The translations under genes were made by a program, and so were the position numbers. Below the pieces are notes generated by a model. It worked only from the letters and a program-made list of their open reading frames with translations, did not search any database and had not been told where the DNA came from. DNA of 64,000 nucleotides, taken from the NCBI GenBank assembly GCA_963739995.1, contig CAVUCH010000018.1, positions 208,922 to 272,921 of the forward strand, in the 5' to 3' direction. Shown piece by piece: positions 17,316 through 26,445 of this stretch. The DNA comes from Vicinamibacteria bacterium (GTDB taxonomy: Bacteria; Acidobacteriota; Vicinamibacteria; Vicinamibacterales; JAENWD01). Numbering within the stretch: the first letter of the stretch is position 1; each line of letters begins with the position of its first letter.

Positions 17316-19549
17316 ACGCCGCCAGCGCAGCCGCAGACACCAGACGTCCGGCGGCGCCAGAGCTCAGTGCGCATCCGACTGTTCTCGTCGCCGGCAACCC
17401 CAATGCTGGCAAGTCCACGCTGTTCAATGCGCTCACGGGCGCAACCACCAAGGTCAGCAACTATCCGGGCGTAACCGTCGCGCGCACGTCCGCGACGATG
17501 CAGGTGCGGGGGCTCGGTGCAGTCGAGCTGGTCGATCTTCCTGGCTCCTACAGCCTCAGCGCGCGCTCACGCGACGAGCAGGTCGCGGTCGACGCAATCC
17601 TCGGCCGCACCTCCGCACCGCCAGATGCCGTCATCGTCGTCGCCGATGCGACGGCGCTCGCGCGCAGCCTCTACTTCGCCAACGAAATCATCGAGACCGG
17701 GATACCCGTCGTCGTGGCGCTCAGCATGATGGACGATGCCGCGACCCAGGGCGTCCATGTGTCGCTCGATACGCTCTCGGCGGCGATCGGCGCCGAGGTC
17801 GTTCCGGTCATTGCGCCGCGCGGTAAAGGTCTGGGCGAGCTGACGGCAGCCGTCAGCCGTGCTATCGAGCGGCGACGGCCCACGCCCGCAGCGGCACGCC
17901 TCGCAGTCGAGACTGAGGCAGCTATCAGGGAGCTCGCTACCGCCCTGAGCCACGATTCGCCCGCCGCACGCCCGGATGCCGCAACCCGCGCCTGGGCCAT
18001 CTGGCTGCTGCTCTCGCTGGACGACGCCGCGCGTGACGATCTGGGCGGCATCGACCCCGCCGTGCGCGCACACGCCGCGCGCATCCGGCGCCGAGCGCTG
18101 CAGGCGGGACGGGATCTCGATCAGGAGATCATCGGTGGCCGGTATGCGCACGTGGACGCAGCCGTGGCGAAGGCGGTCACCGTCACGCCGCCCGCGGGAC
18201 TCACGTGGACCGAGCGTATCGATCGCGTGCTGACGCATCGGCTCTGGGGCTTTGCCGTGTTCGCGAGCGTGATGCTGGTCCTGTTCCAGGCCCTCTTCGC
18301 CTGGTCGGAGCCCGCCATCACCCTGATCGAGTCGCAGGTCACCTGGGTCCAGGATGCGGTCACCGGCATCATGCCCGCGGGTCCTCTGCGGGATCTCCTC
18401 GTGGACGGCGTGATTGCGGGCGTTGGAAACGTGATCGTATTCATCCCGCAGATCGCGATGCTGTTCCTGTTCATCGGCGTGCTCGAGGATCTCGGTTACC
18501 TTGCCCGCGTGGCCTTCGTGATCGATCGGCTGATGGGCCGCATCGGCCTGCACGGCAAATCGTTCGTGCCCATGCTGTCCGGCTTCTCCTGCGCCGTGCC
18601 CGCGGTGCTCGCCACCCGCACGCTCGACAGCCGGACGGACCGCCTGCTGACGATGATGGTGCTTCCACTCATCTCCTGCAGCGCGCGCCTGCCCATCTAC
18701 GTCCTCGTGATCGCGACGGTGTTCAGCCCGTCGGCGCGCGTCTTTGGTGTCATCAGCGCTGGCGCGGTGGCGCTGTGTGCCATGTACTTCCTCTCGGTCA
18801 CGGCGGCGCTGGGCGCCGCGGCGGTCCTGCGTCGAACCATTTTCCGCGGGCCGCGCCCCACGCTGATGCTCGAACTGCCGCCGTATCGGAGGCCGGTGCT
18901 CCGCGTCCTGCTGCGCAGCACGTGGCAGCAGGTGCGGTCGTTCCTGGTGAACGCCGGCACGGTAATCCTGGCCCTGACGGTGGTGCTCTGGGCGCTTCTC
19001 AGCTATCCCAAGAGCGACACGGCGGCGCGGCACGTTGCTAACGAACGTGCGCGCATCGAGGCGTCGCTGGCGGGCGAGGCGCGCGCCGACGCGCTGGAGA
19101 CGCTCTCGGGCCGGGAGCGCGGCGAACAGCTCCGGCACAGCGTCGCCGGGCGCGTCGGGCACGTCATCGAACCCCTCATCGCGCCGCTCGGGTTCGACTG
19201 GCGGATCGGCGTGGGCATCCTCGGCGCCTTTGCCGCCCGCGAGGTGTTCGTGTCGACGATGGGCATCGTGTTCGACATCAACGACGCCGACGAACAGAAC
19301 CAGCCGTTGCGCGATGCCTTGCGGTCGGCGGCGCGCGCCGATGGCTCCCGGCTGATGACGCCGCTCACCGGCGTGTCGCTGATGGTGTTCTTCGTGCTGG
19401 CGTGCCAGTGCATGAGCACGCTGGCGGTGGTGCGGCGCGAGTCCGGGTCGTGGAAGTGGCCGGCCTTCATGTTCGCGTACCAGACGGCGCTCGCTTACAC
19501 GGCGGCGTTCATCGTCTTCCAGGCGGGCCGCGCGCTGGGTTTCGCCTGA
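17312..19549 (+). CDS. feoB: ferrous iron transporter FeoB
   Basis: The GTG start overlaps the feoA stop (GTGA). The G-domain has G1 GNPNAGKST and DLPGSYSL, followed by a polytopic membrane domain. Confidence 0.9.
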   Translation: MNAASAAADTRRPAAPELSAHPTVLVAGNPNAGKSTLFNALTGATTKVSNYPGVTVARTSATMQVRGLGAVELVDLPGSYSLSARSRDEQVAVDAILGRTSAPPDAVIVVADATALARSLYFANEIIETGIPVVVALSMMDDAATQGVHVSLDTLSAAIGAEVVPVIAPRGKGLGELTAAVSRAIERRRPTPAAARLAVETEAAIRELATALSHDSPAARPDAATRAWAIWLLLSLDDAARDDLGGIDPAVRAHAARIRRRALQAGRDLDQEIIGGRYAHVDAAVAKAVTVTPPAGLTWTERIDRVLTHRLWGFAVFASVMLVLFQALFAWSEPAITLIESQVTWVQDAVTGIMPAGPLRDLLVDGVIAGVGNVIVFIPQIAMLFLFIGVLEDLGYLARVAFVIDRLMGRIGLHGKSFVPMLSGFSCAVPAVLATRTLDSRTDRLLTMMVLPLISCSARLPIYVLVIATVFSPSARVFGVISAGAVALCAMYFLSVTAALGAAAVLRRTIFRGPRPTLMLELPPYRRPVLRVLLRSTWQQVRSFLVNAGTVILALTVVLWALLSYPKSDTAARHVANERARIEASLAGEARADALETLSGRERGEQLRHSVAGRVGHVIEPLIAPLGFDWRIGVGILGAFAAREVFVSTMGIVFDINDADEQNQPLRDALRSAARADGSRLMTPLTGVSLMVFFVLACQCMSTLAVVRRESGSWKWPAFMFAYQTALAYTAAFIVFQAGRALGFA

Positions 19550-19557
19550 GGCGGCGT

Positions 19558-19713
19558 ATGGACTGGCAAGCTGCCGGTGTCGTGGCGATTGTTTCCGGCG
19601 CCGTGTATTTCCTGGCGCAGCGGATGCTCGCGCGGCGCCGCCGGCGCAAGGGCACGCAGACGTTCGTACCGCTCTCCGCCATCAAGAAGCGACCGGATCA
19701 CGACTGCCACTGA
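19558..19713 (+). CDS. small membrane protein downstream of feoB (FeoB-associated small protein-like)
   Basis: 51-aa ORF starting 9 nt after the feoB stop. It has one TM helix (AAGVVAIVSGAVYFLAQ), then a basic stretch RRRRRK and a C-terminal HDCH. Confidence 0.4.
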   Translation: MDWQAAGVVAIVSGAVYFLAQRMLARRRRRKGTQTFVPLSAIKKRPDHDCH

Positions 19714-19837
19714 GTTGACAGTGCAGGGCCCGCGGACGCCGCGCCCCGGGCGCCACGACAGCGTGACAGCGACCGTGTCAGCCACGGCCTGAGCGCCCCG
19801 GGCGACCGCCATCCCGTGATAACGTGACGCCGCACCC

Positions 19838-21271
19838 GTGACGGCCACCCGTTATCCGCGCATCGCGTCGTTCAAGACGGCCGACGCCTTTCTGCGCCAC
19901 ACGCAGCAGCTCGGCATCGATCTGCCATTCGACGCGTCGCTGCAGTCGGGTGCGGCCGCACCGTTGGCACAACCGCTCGCCGCGGGTGGCCTGCGCGCCG
20001 GCAACCGTTTCACCATCCTTCCGATGGAGGGCTGGGACGGCACGATCGACGGCAGCCCGACGGATCTGACACGCCGCCGCTGGGAGCGGTTCGGGGAGAG
20101 CGGGGCGAAGGTGATCTGGGGCGGCGAAGCCGTGGCCGTGCGGCACGACGGACGCGCGAACCCGAACCAGCTCGTGATCGAAGATCGGACGCTGGCAGAT
20201 CTCGAGTCGCTCCGTCAGCACCTCGTGACCACGCACGTCACGCACTTCGCGGCCGCCGACGATCTCGTGGTGGGACTCCAGCTCACGCACTCAGGCCGGT
20301 ACTCACGCCCCACCGCCGCAGGTCCACGCCCGCGCATCGCCTACAGGCACCCGGTGCTCGATAAGCGCCTCGCCATTACGGACGATGCACCGTGCGTCAG
20401 CGACGAGGAGCTCGATCGCCTCGTCGACGACTTCGTGCGTGCCGCGCGCGACGCGGCACGCATCGGGTTTGCCTTCGTGGACGTGAAGCACTGTCACGGC
20501 TATCTTGGACACGAGCTACTGAGCGCCCGGGACCGCCCAGGGCGGTACGGCGGCACCTTCGAGAACCGGACGCGGTTCCTGCGATCGGTGGTCGAGGGCA
20601 TTCGTGGCGAGGCGCCCGGGCTGCGCGTCGGCGTGCGCCTGTCAGCCTTCGACATGGTGCCGTTCCGAAGGGGGCCCTCGGAGGTCGGCGAGCCGGAGGC
20701 CGACGATGAAGGGTATCGCTCCGCTTTCGGGTTCACCGGCGCGGGTGCGGGCGGCCGCGTCGACGACAGCGATCAGCTTCTCACGGCGCTCGAGGGGATG
20801 GGCGTGTGCTGGGTGTGCCTCACCGCCGGCAGCCCCTATTACAACCCGCACATCCAGCGCCCCGCCCTGTTTCCGCCGTCGGACAGCTATCTCCCGCCGG
20901 AGGATCCCCTCGTCGGCGTGGCGCGGCAGATCCAGGCGACTGCGGCCCTCAAGGCGCGCCATCCGGGCCTGGCCATTGTCGGCTCCGCCTACAGCTACCT
21001 CCAGGAGTGGCTGCCGAACGTGGCCCAGGGGGTCGTGCGGGCGGGGATGGCCGATTCGATCGGCATCGGACGCCTCGTCCTGAGCTATCCCGACTTTCCG
21101 GCCGACGTGCTCGCAGGACGTGCGCTCAAGCGGAACCTCCTGTGCCGCACGTTCAGCGACTGCACCACGGCGCCGAGAAACGGGCTGGTGTCAGGGTGTT
21201 ATCCGCTGGATCGCTTCTACGCGGTGCGCGCCGAGGCAAAACGGCTCAAAGAGATCAAGGCGGGACTGTGA
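19838..21271 (+). CDS. NADH:flavin oxidoreductase / NADH oxidase family protein (OYE-like TIM barrel)
   Basis: 477-aa ORF with GTG start. Segments [17 protein letters not shown] and [14 protein letters not shown] are typical of the OYE-like family. Confidence 0.85.
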   Translation: MTATRYPRIASFKTADAFLRHTQQLGIDLPFDASLQSGAAAPLAQPLAAGGLRAGNRFTILPMEGWDGTIDGSPTDLTRRRWERFGESGAKVIWGGEAVAVRHDGRANPNQLVIEDRTLADLESLRQHLVTTHVTHFAAADDLVVGLQLTHSGRYSRPTAAGPRPRIAYRHPVLDKRLAITDDAPCVSDEELDRLVDDFVRAARDAARIGFAFVDVKHCHGYLGHELLSARDRPGRYGGTFENRTRFLRSVVEGIRGEAPGLRVGVRLSAFDMVPFRRGPSEVGEPEADDEGYRSAFGFTGAGAGGRVDDSDQLLTALEGMGVCWVCLTAGSPYYNPHIQRPALFPPSDSYLPPEDPLVGVARQIQATAALKARHPGLAIVGSAYSYLQEWLPNVAQGVVRAGMADSIGIGRLVLSYPDFPADVLAGRALKRNLLCRTFSDCTTAPRNGLVSGCYPLDRFYAVRAEAKRLKEIKAGL

Positions 21272-21281
21272 GTCGCGACCG

Positions 21282-22517
21282 ATGAACACCACGAGAGCCC
21301 AGACCCACGTCGCGTTGACCGCTTTTCTCGCGCTGTTTGCGATCGTCGGCGTGGCCCTGTACGGCCTGCCGTTCTTCTACGACCACATGGTTCGCGAGTT
21401 CGGCTGGACTCGCCAGCAGGTCACGTCCGGCAACGCGTACAGCAAGCTGCTGATCGGACCGCTCTTCGGGTTCATCGCGGGCTGGGTCGTCGATCGCTTT
21501 GGACCGAAGCGCCTGATGCTGGCCGGCATTGTGATGGCCGGTGGGGCGCTCGTCGGGCTGGGCAGCATCTCCACGCTCACCGGGTTCTACGCGTTCTACC
21601 TGTTCAACGCGCTCGGCTACGTCTGCGGCGGGCCGCTGCCGAACCAGGTACTGCTCTCACGCTGGTTCGACAGGAACCGCGGCAAGGCGATGGGGTTCGC
21701 ATACCTCGGCATTGGTGTCGGGGGCGCGCTGGTGCCGCTGCTTGCATACGCGTTCACCCAGGCGTACGGCTGGCAGACGGCGCTGAAGCTGCTCGGCATC
21801 CTCATGATTGCGGTGGCCCTGCCCCCCGCAATCTTCATCCGCGAGCGGCCGCCCGATCCTCGCGGCCCGAATCGTGCCGTCCCGACGCCAGGCGGTGCTG
21901 CACTCGTGCCCCTCGGGCCGATCGTCCGGCAGCGCGCGTTCGTTCTGCTCCTCGTCGGCAGCATGTGCTCGATTGGCGCCGTGGGCGGCACGATGCAGAA
22001 CCTGAAGTTGTACCTGAGCCTCGACATCGGGTATACGCAGGGAGAAGTCGCGCGGGTCCTCTCGCTGGTGCTCGCGGGCAGCCTCGTCGGACGGCTGCTG
22101 ATGGGATACATGGCCGATCGCTACGCCCGCCGTCGAGTCATGCTCCTCATCTATGCCATCGTCGCGTGCTCCATTCCTCTGCTGTTCTTCGCGTCCTACC
22201 AGGCGGCCATCTACTTCTTCGCGGCGGCCTTCGGCATCGGCCTGGGCGGCGACTACATGATCATCCCGCTCATGGCGGCTGACCTGTTCGGCGTGCGCGC
22301 GCTCGGACGCGTGATGGGCATCGTCCTGACGGCCGACGGCGTGGCGGAGGCGGTGGTGCCCATGACAGTGGCCACCCTTCGGGATCAGACAGGGTCGTAC
22401 CACGCTGGATTCGCGGTGCTGATTGCGCTCGCCGCGATCGGCGCGCTGGCAGTCCTGGCACTTCCAGGGGCGCGGCAGGCAACCGCGGAGCCCGCCGGGC
22501 AGGCGGGCGGCAGTTGA
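21282..22517 (+). CDS. MFS transporter
   Basis: Start at MNTTRAQTHVALTAF, 10 nt after the upstream stop. About 12 hydrophobic helices are visible, plus an MFS loop motif (DRFGPKRLMLAG). Confidence 0.85.
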   Translation: MNTTRAQTHVALTAFLALFAIVGVALYGLPFFYDHMVREFGWTRQQVTSGNAYSKLLIGPLFGFIAGWVVDRFGPKRLMLAGIVMAGGALVGLGSISTLTGFYAFYLFNALGYVCGGPLPNQVLLSRWFDRNRGKAMGFAYLGIGVGGALVPLLAYAFTQAYGWQTALKLLGILMIAVALPPAIFIRERPPDPRGPNRAVPTPGGAALVPLGPIVRQRAFVLLLVGSMCSIGAVGGTMQNLKLYLSLDIGYTQGEVARVLSLVLAGSLVGRLLMGYMADRYARRRVMLLIYAIVACSIPLLFFASYQAAIYFFAAAFGIGLGGDYMIIPLMAADLFGVRALGRVMGIVLTADGVAEAVVPMTVATLRDQTGSYHAGFAVLIALAAIGALAVLALPGARQATAEPAGQAGGS

Positions 22518-23599
22518 TGTCAGACGAAGCTGTTCCCGCTGACTCGCCAGCGGACGACCCGCGCCCTCTGCAGCATCCGCTCGTCAGCTCCGAGCAACTC
22601 GCGGAGCTCTCGGACGAGGAGCTGCTCGACCTGCAGATGCGCCAGCTGGATATTCGCATCGAGGGCAGCGCTCTCGAGCCCCGCATCGCGCAGCTGCACG
22701 AGGAGCTGGGGACGCGAGGCCTCACGTTCCGCCCCCACTACTGGCTGTCGGACGAGTGGTTCACGCCCGACGGCATCCCCGGAGTGGCAATCCCGTTCTA
22801 CCTGGCACACCCGCGCCTCGCGAAGCTGGAGCTCGCGCAGATGCTCGAAGTGGAGGGAGGCGATCCCGAGTGGTGCATGCGCATTCTCCGGCACGAGGCG
22901 GGCCACGCCATCGACAACGCGTTCGCGCTCCGCCGCAAAAGGCAGCGTCGCGAAATCTTTGGCAGCCCCAGTCAGGAGTACCCCGAGTTCTACGCACCGA
23001 AGCCGTACAGCAAGAGCTTCGTCCTGCACCTCGACGCGTGGTACGCACAGAGTCACCCGGACGAAGACTTCGCCGAGACATTTGCGGTGTGGCTCACGCC
23101 GAGCTCGGACTGGGAGAAGCGATATCAGGACTGGCCGGCGCTGAAAAAACTCCAGTACATGGATCGCGTGATGCAGTCGCTCGCGGGACGCGAGCCGCTC
23201 GTCACCTCCGGCAAGACGCTCGACGCGCTGCCGCGGCTGCGGAAGACGCTGCGCCAGCACTATCGCCGGAAGCGTCGGCACTACGGCCTGGACTACCCCG
23301 CCTTCTACGACCGCGACCTGCGGCGCCTGTTCTCCGACGCTCCCGAGTTCGCCGGCAACATGGCCGCATCCCAGTTCATTGGCCGCCTCCGGCGATCGGT
23401 GCGCCAGCGCGTCTCGTCGTGGACCGGTATCTACCAGTACACGATCGACCAGGTGCTCGAAGACATGATCGAACGCTCGCGGCAACTCAAGCTGCGCCTC
23501 GCCGTCCCCGAAGACGAGGCGCGGCAGCAGTTCACGGTGCTGCTCACCGTCCAGGCCATGAACTACCTGCACAGCGGCGGGCACCGGGTGGCGCTGTGA
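22517..23599 (+). CDS. putative zinc-dependent metallopeptidase-like protein (HExxH)
   Basis: The ATG overlaps the MFS stop by 1 nt (TGATG). There is a single HEAGH motif with a downstream acidic segment HPDEDFAETFA and an acidic N-terminus. It resembles the uncharacterised putative zinc-binding metallopeptidase family. Confidence 0.8.
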   Translation: MSDEAVPADSPADDPRPLQHPLVSSEQLAELSDEELLDLQMRQLDIRIEGSALEPRIAQLHEELGTRGLTFRPHYWLSDEWFTPDGIPGVAIPFYLAHPRLAKLELAQMLEVEGGDPEWCMRILRHEAGHAIDNAFALRRKRQRREIFGSPSQEYPEFYAPKPYSKSFVLHLDAWYAQSHPDEDFAETFAVWLTPSSDWEKRYQDWPALKKLQYMDRVMQSLAGREPLVTSGKTLDALPRLRKTLRQHYRRKRRHYGLDYPAFYDRDLRRLFSDAPEFAGNMAASQFIGRLRRSVRQRVSSWTGIYQYTIDQVLEDMIERSRQLKLRLAVPEDEARQQFTVLLTVQAMNYLHSGGHRVAL

Positions 23600-24618
23600 A
23601 GCCGCAGCGCGTGCTCACGCTCGTGCACAAGCACCTGGTGCCGCCGGTGGACACCGATGGCATCGACGTCCTCACCGCGGCCTGGAAGATGGAGTACGAC
23701 GTCATCGAAACGCTGCGGGAGATCGGGCACGAGGTGCTGCCGCTCGGCGTCCACGACGACCTGGGTGTCATCCGCACCGCCATCGATCAGTGGAAGCCCA
23801 CCATCGTGTTCAACCTGCTGGAGTCATTCGACGACGTGACGACCTTCGACATGAACGTGGTGAGTTACCTCGAACTGCTGAAGGTGCCCTACACGGGCTG
23901 CAACCCGCGCGGACTCCTTCTGGCTCGGGACAAGGCGCTTTCGAAGCAGTTGATGGCCTACCATCGCATCCCGGTGCCGGAGTTCGCCGTCTTCCGGCCC
24001 CGGCGCGGCGTGAAGCTGCCCCGCAAGCTCGCGTTCCCGTTGATCGTGAAGTCGCTGACGTACGAGGCGTCCGTCGGGATCTCGCAGGCGTCGGTGGTGA
24101 CCGACGACGAACACCTGCGAAAGCGAGTCGAGTTCATCCACCAGAGCATCGGCACCGATGCAATCGTGGAGCGCTACATCAACGGGCGCGAGCTCTACGT
24201 GGGGCTGCTCGGCAACGACCGCGTTCGTGTGTTCCCGGTGTGGGAAATGCATTTCGAAAAGATGATCGAGGGCGGCAGCTGGCCGATCGCGACCGAGCGC
24301 GTCAAGTGGAGCGCCAAGTACCAGGAGCGCTACGGCATCATGACCGACCAGGCCAGCCACCTGCCGGACGGGACCGCCGAACAGATCCAGCGCATCGCAC
24401 GGCGCGTCTACCGGACGCTCGGATTGACCGGCTACGCGCGCATCGACCTGCGGATGGACGGAGCCGGGCGCATCTATGTCCTCGAGGCGAACCCGAACCC
24501 GCAGCTCGCCTACGGCGAAGACTTTGCCGAGTCAGCCGAGCGCGGCGGCGTGACCTACGAAGGGTTGCTGGAGCGGATCGTCGGATTGGGATTGAGCTGG
24601 AGGCCGGGGACTATGTGA
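23596..24618 (+). CDS. ATP-grasp ligase (D-alanine--D-alanine ligase-related family, non-canonical)
   Basis: The GTG start overlaps the upstream stop (GTGA). ATP-grasp hallmarks include KALSKQLM, FPLIVKSL, ERYINGRELYVGLLG and YVLEANPNP. It lacks the GGxSxEHxVS N-terminal motif of true Ddl. Confidence 0.85.
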   Translation: MKPQRVLTLVHKHLVPPVDTDGIDVLTAAWKMEYDVIETLREIGHEVLPLGVHDDLGVIRTAIDQWKPTIVFNLLESFDDVTTFDMNVVSYLELLKVPYTGCNPRGLLLARDKALSKQLMAYHRIPVPEFAVFRPRRGVKLPRKLAFPLIVKSLTYEASVGISQASVVTDDEHLRKRVEFIHQSIGTDAIVERYINGRELYVGLLGNDRVRVFPVWEMHFEKMIEGGSWPIATERVKWSAKYQERYGIMTDQASHLPDGTAEQIQRIARRVYRTLGLTGYARIDLRMDGAGRIYVLEANPNPQLAYGEDFAESAERGGVTYEGLLERIVGLGLSWRPGTM

Positions 24619-24730
24619 ACATTCGTAATGCAAAATGTAAAATGCAAAATGTAGAAATCAAGCATTGCCACGCTGCCTTCTTCATTCTTCATTCTTCATT
24701 CTTCATTTTTCATTTTTCATTTCGCCTCCC
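24619..24730. repeat. AT-rich island made of two heptamer tandem arrays
   Basis: Array 1 is (AATGYAA)x4-5 at 24627-24661. Array 2 is (CTTCATT)x4 plus (TTTCATT)x2 at 24680-24721. By hand count 39/112 bases are G+C in an otherwise GC-rich window. The island lies between convergent stop codons. Confidence 0.8.
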
Positions 24731-26161
24731 TCACCGCGGCGCCAGGCGCGGAGCGACCCGCGTCTCTGACAGACGACTCAACTCCGTGCCGGTCGTGGTG
24801 ACGTAGTACTTTGCCAACATGTTGGTCCGCTCCCACACGGGGACGCTGACGCGGCCGCTCAGGTAATCGAGGTAGCGCGACATCACCTCCGCGAAGTGCG
24901 CCTCATGGCCCAGGCGGTAGGTGTCCGGGATGGCGACGTGGAGCAGGCCGGCGCGTTCGTCCACGCTGATTCCGGGATAGGTGCGCTGCAACGCGGCGAT
25001 CTTCCGCTCGAGGGCCGTGCGGACCTGGTGAGCCCGTGCCGCGTCCACCGGCAGCACATACAGCTCCGGGCGGTACGCGTCCGCCCGCGTCTGCCGCACC
25101 TCGACGGTGGATAGGGCGCCGCGGTAGCGTGCAAAATGCGTGTCGCCGCCTCCCTCGGGAGCTTCCCAGTCCCAGATGACGTTGAGGGTCACGTGCGTGC
25201 CGCGCAGCCGGTAGGTGACGAGCGTGTTGCAGAAGTACTCGAGCGCGCCGTCCTTCACGTGTGCTGACAGCGAGTCCGGGAATGCCGCCTGGCCGGTGAC
25301 CCGCCGGAAGTCCGCTTCGGGGATCGTCGTAGGCCACCGCTGCGCCGCGAGCACCCGCACGTCTCGCGAGTGGTCGATGCTCTGGTCTGGAAGGAGCGTC
25401 CATTGGACGAGATCGACCAGGTGCGTGCCGATGTCGTTCAGGCCTTCTCCCTGCTCGGCCGTGTCGAAGAACCAGGCGGGGCGGATGTTGGGTGCTCCCG
25501 ACACGACCTTCATCAGGTGATGAACGCTCTCCATGTACACGCCGGGCTCTGCCGGCGTGCCCTCCACCGGTTGTCCGAACACCGACGGGTCACTCACGAG
25601 CTCACGCTGGAGCACGTTCGTAATCTCGAAGCGCTCCGTCATGATGTCGTAGGCCACGAGCCGTCTCGTGTCGGCCTCGGTCAACGCGGCATCGACCGAC
25701 GGCAGGTCTGCCGAACGCAGGATCCACGGCTTGTCTGCGAGCACGTTGAGGCCGGACCGGACGGATGCGAGGATCTGCTCGATCTTGCCGCGGTTCCGCC
25801 CCGAGATGACGACCGCGTTGCCGGGCCGCGACTCGAGCATCCGGGTGAAGTAATCGGGGCCCGCGTGCACCTCGAGCTGCCACGCGGTCGGACTCTCCCG
25901 GCGGGCGTTGTAGGCCGAGATGCGGTTGAGGTGTGCCGTCAAATCCGGGCCCAGCGGCGCGAACACGTGCACCTGCGGCGAGACGCCGGGATACATCGTC
26001 TTCTGCACGAGCGCGGCGTGAAAGTGCCCCGGGGCGAGGGTCATCAGCCGGACTTCGGGAGGCGCGGGCTTCCCTTGCGCGATTACCCTGCCGGTGCCCG
26101 CGATCGCCGCCGCCCCGGCCAGGAGGGCGCCGGCCGCGCAGGCGTGCCACAACGTCACCAT
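24731..26161 (-). CDS. secreted putative oxidoreductase (Gfo/Idh/MocA-like with the 'oxidoreductase C-terminal domain')
   Basis: 476-aa ORF with a signal peptide. The LAPGHFHAALVQK segment and overall layout are typical of this family. Confidence 0.8.
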   Translation of the reverse strand: MVTLWHACAAGALLAGAAAIAGTGRVIAQGKPAPPEVRLMTLAPGHFHAALVQKTMYPGVSPQVHVFAPLGPDLTAHLNRISAYNARRESPTAWQLEVHAGPDYFTRMLESRPGNAVVISGRNRGKIEQILASVRSGLNVLADKPWILRSADLPSVDAALTEADTRRLVAYDIMTERFEITNVLQRELVSDPSVFGQPVEGTPAEPGVYMESVHHLMKVVSGAPNIRPAWFFDTAEQGEGLNDIGTHLVDLVQWTLLPDQSIDHSRDVRVLAAQRWPTTIPEADFRRVTGQAAFPDSLSAHVKDGALEYFCNTLVTYRLRGTHVTLNVIWDWEAPEGGGDTHFARYRGALSTVEVRQTRADAYRPELYVLPVDAARAHQVRTALERKIAALQRTYPGISVDERAGLLHVAIPDTYRLGHEAHFAEVMSRYLDYLSGRVSVPVWERTNMLAKYYVTTTGTELSRLSETRVAPRLAPR

Positions 26162-26237
26162 GCAGAGGATCCCTTCACAACCGGTTCATCGCCGCCTGGC
26201 ATTGCTTGCGTCATGGTCTACGCGGGCCGGACTTGAG

Positions 26238-26318
26238 AATGTGGAGCCAGGACTTCAGTCCCCGGCGATCCGTCCGTGCAAGCGGGTCTCGCCGGAACTG
26301 AAGTTCCGGCGCCACATT
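26238..26318. repeat. inverted pair of REP-like hairpin repeats
   Basis: AATGTGGAGCCAGGACTTCAGTCCCCGGCG (26238-26267) faces CGCCGGAACTGAAGTTCCGGCGCCACATT (26290-26318). Each unit is itself a short hairpin. Confidence 0.6.
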
Positions 26319-26404
26319 TTTTCGCTCCGCTCGCTGAATCTGCCGGGTCTGCAGAATGTGGGGCGGTTCGTAGGGACGCCGCGCCCACGTTGCCGCGATC
26401 CGAG

Positions 26405-26424
26405 GGGCGGTTCGCGAACCGCCC
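26405..26424. terminator. perfect 20-bp palindrome downstream of the SDR gene
   Basis: GGGCGGTTCGCGAACCGCCC lies 21 nt past the minus-strand stop at 26446. There is no clear U-tract. Confidence 0.35.
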
Positions 26425-26445
26425 TGTAGCCGATCGATTACATAC

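Noticed and set aside
19715-19720. Consensus TTGACA as a -35 element for the flavin oxidoreductase operon
   Set aside because: The sequence 17 bp downstream is GCCGCG, with no acceptable -10 hexamer. It is probably a chance hexamer.
24619-24730. Possible CRISPR array or mini-array
   Set aside because: The repeat unit is only 7 bp, contiguous and without spacers, and there are no cas genes in the window. I classified it as a tandem heptamer repeat instead.
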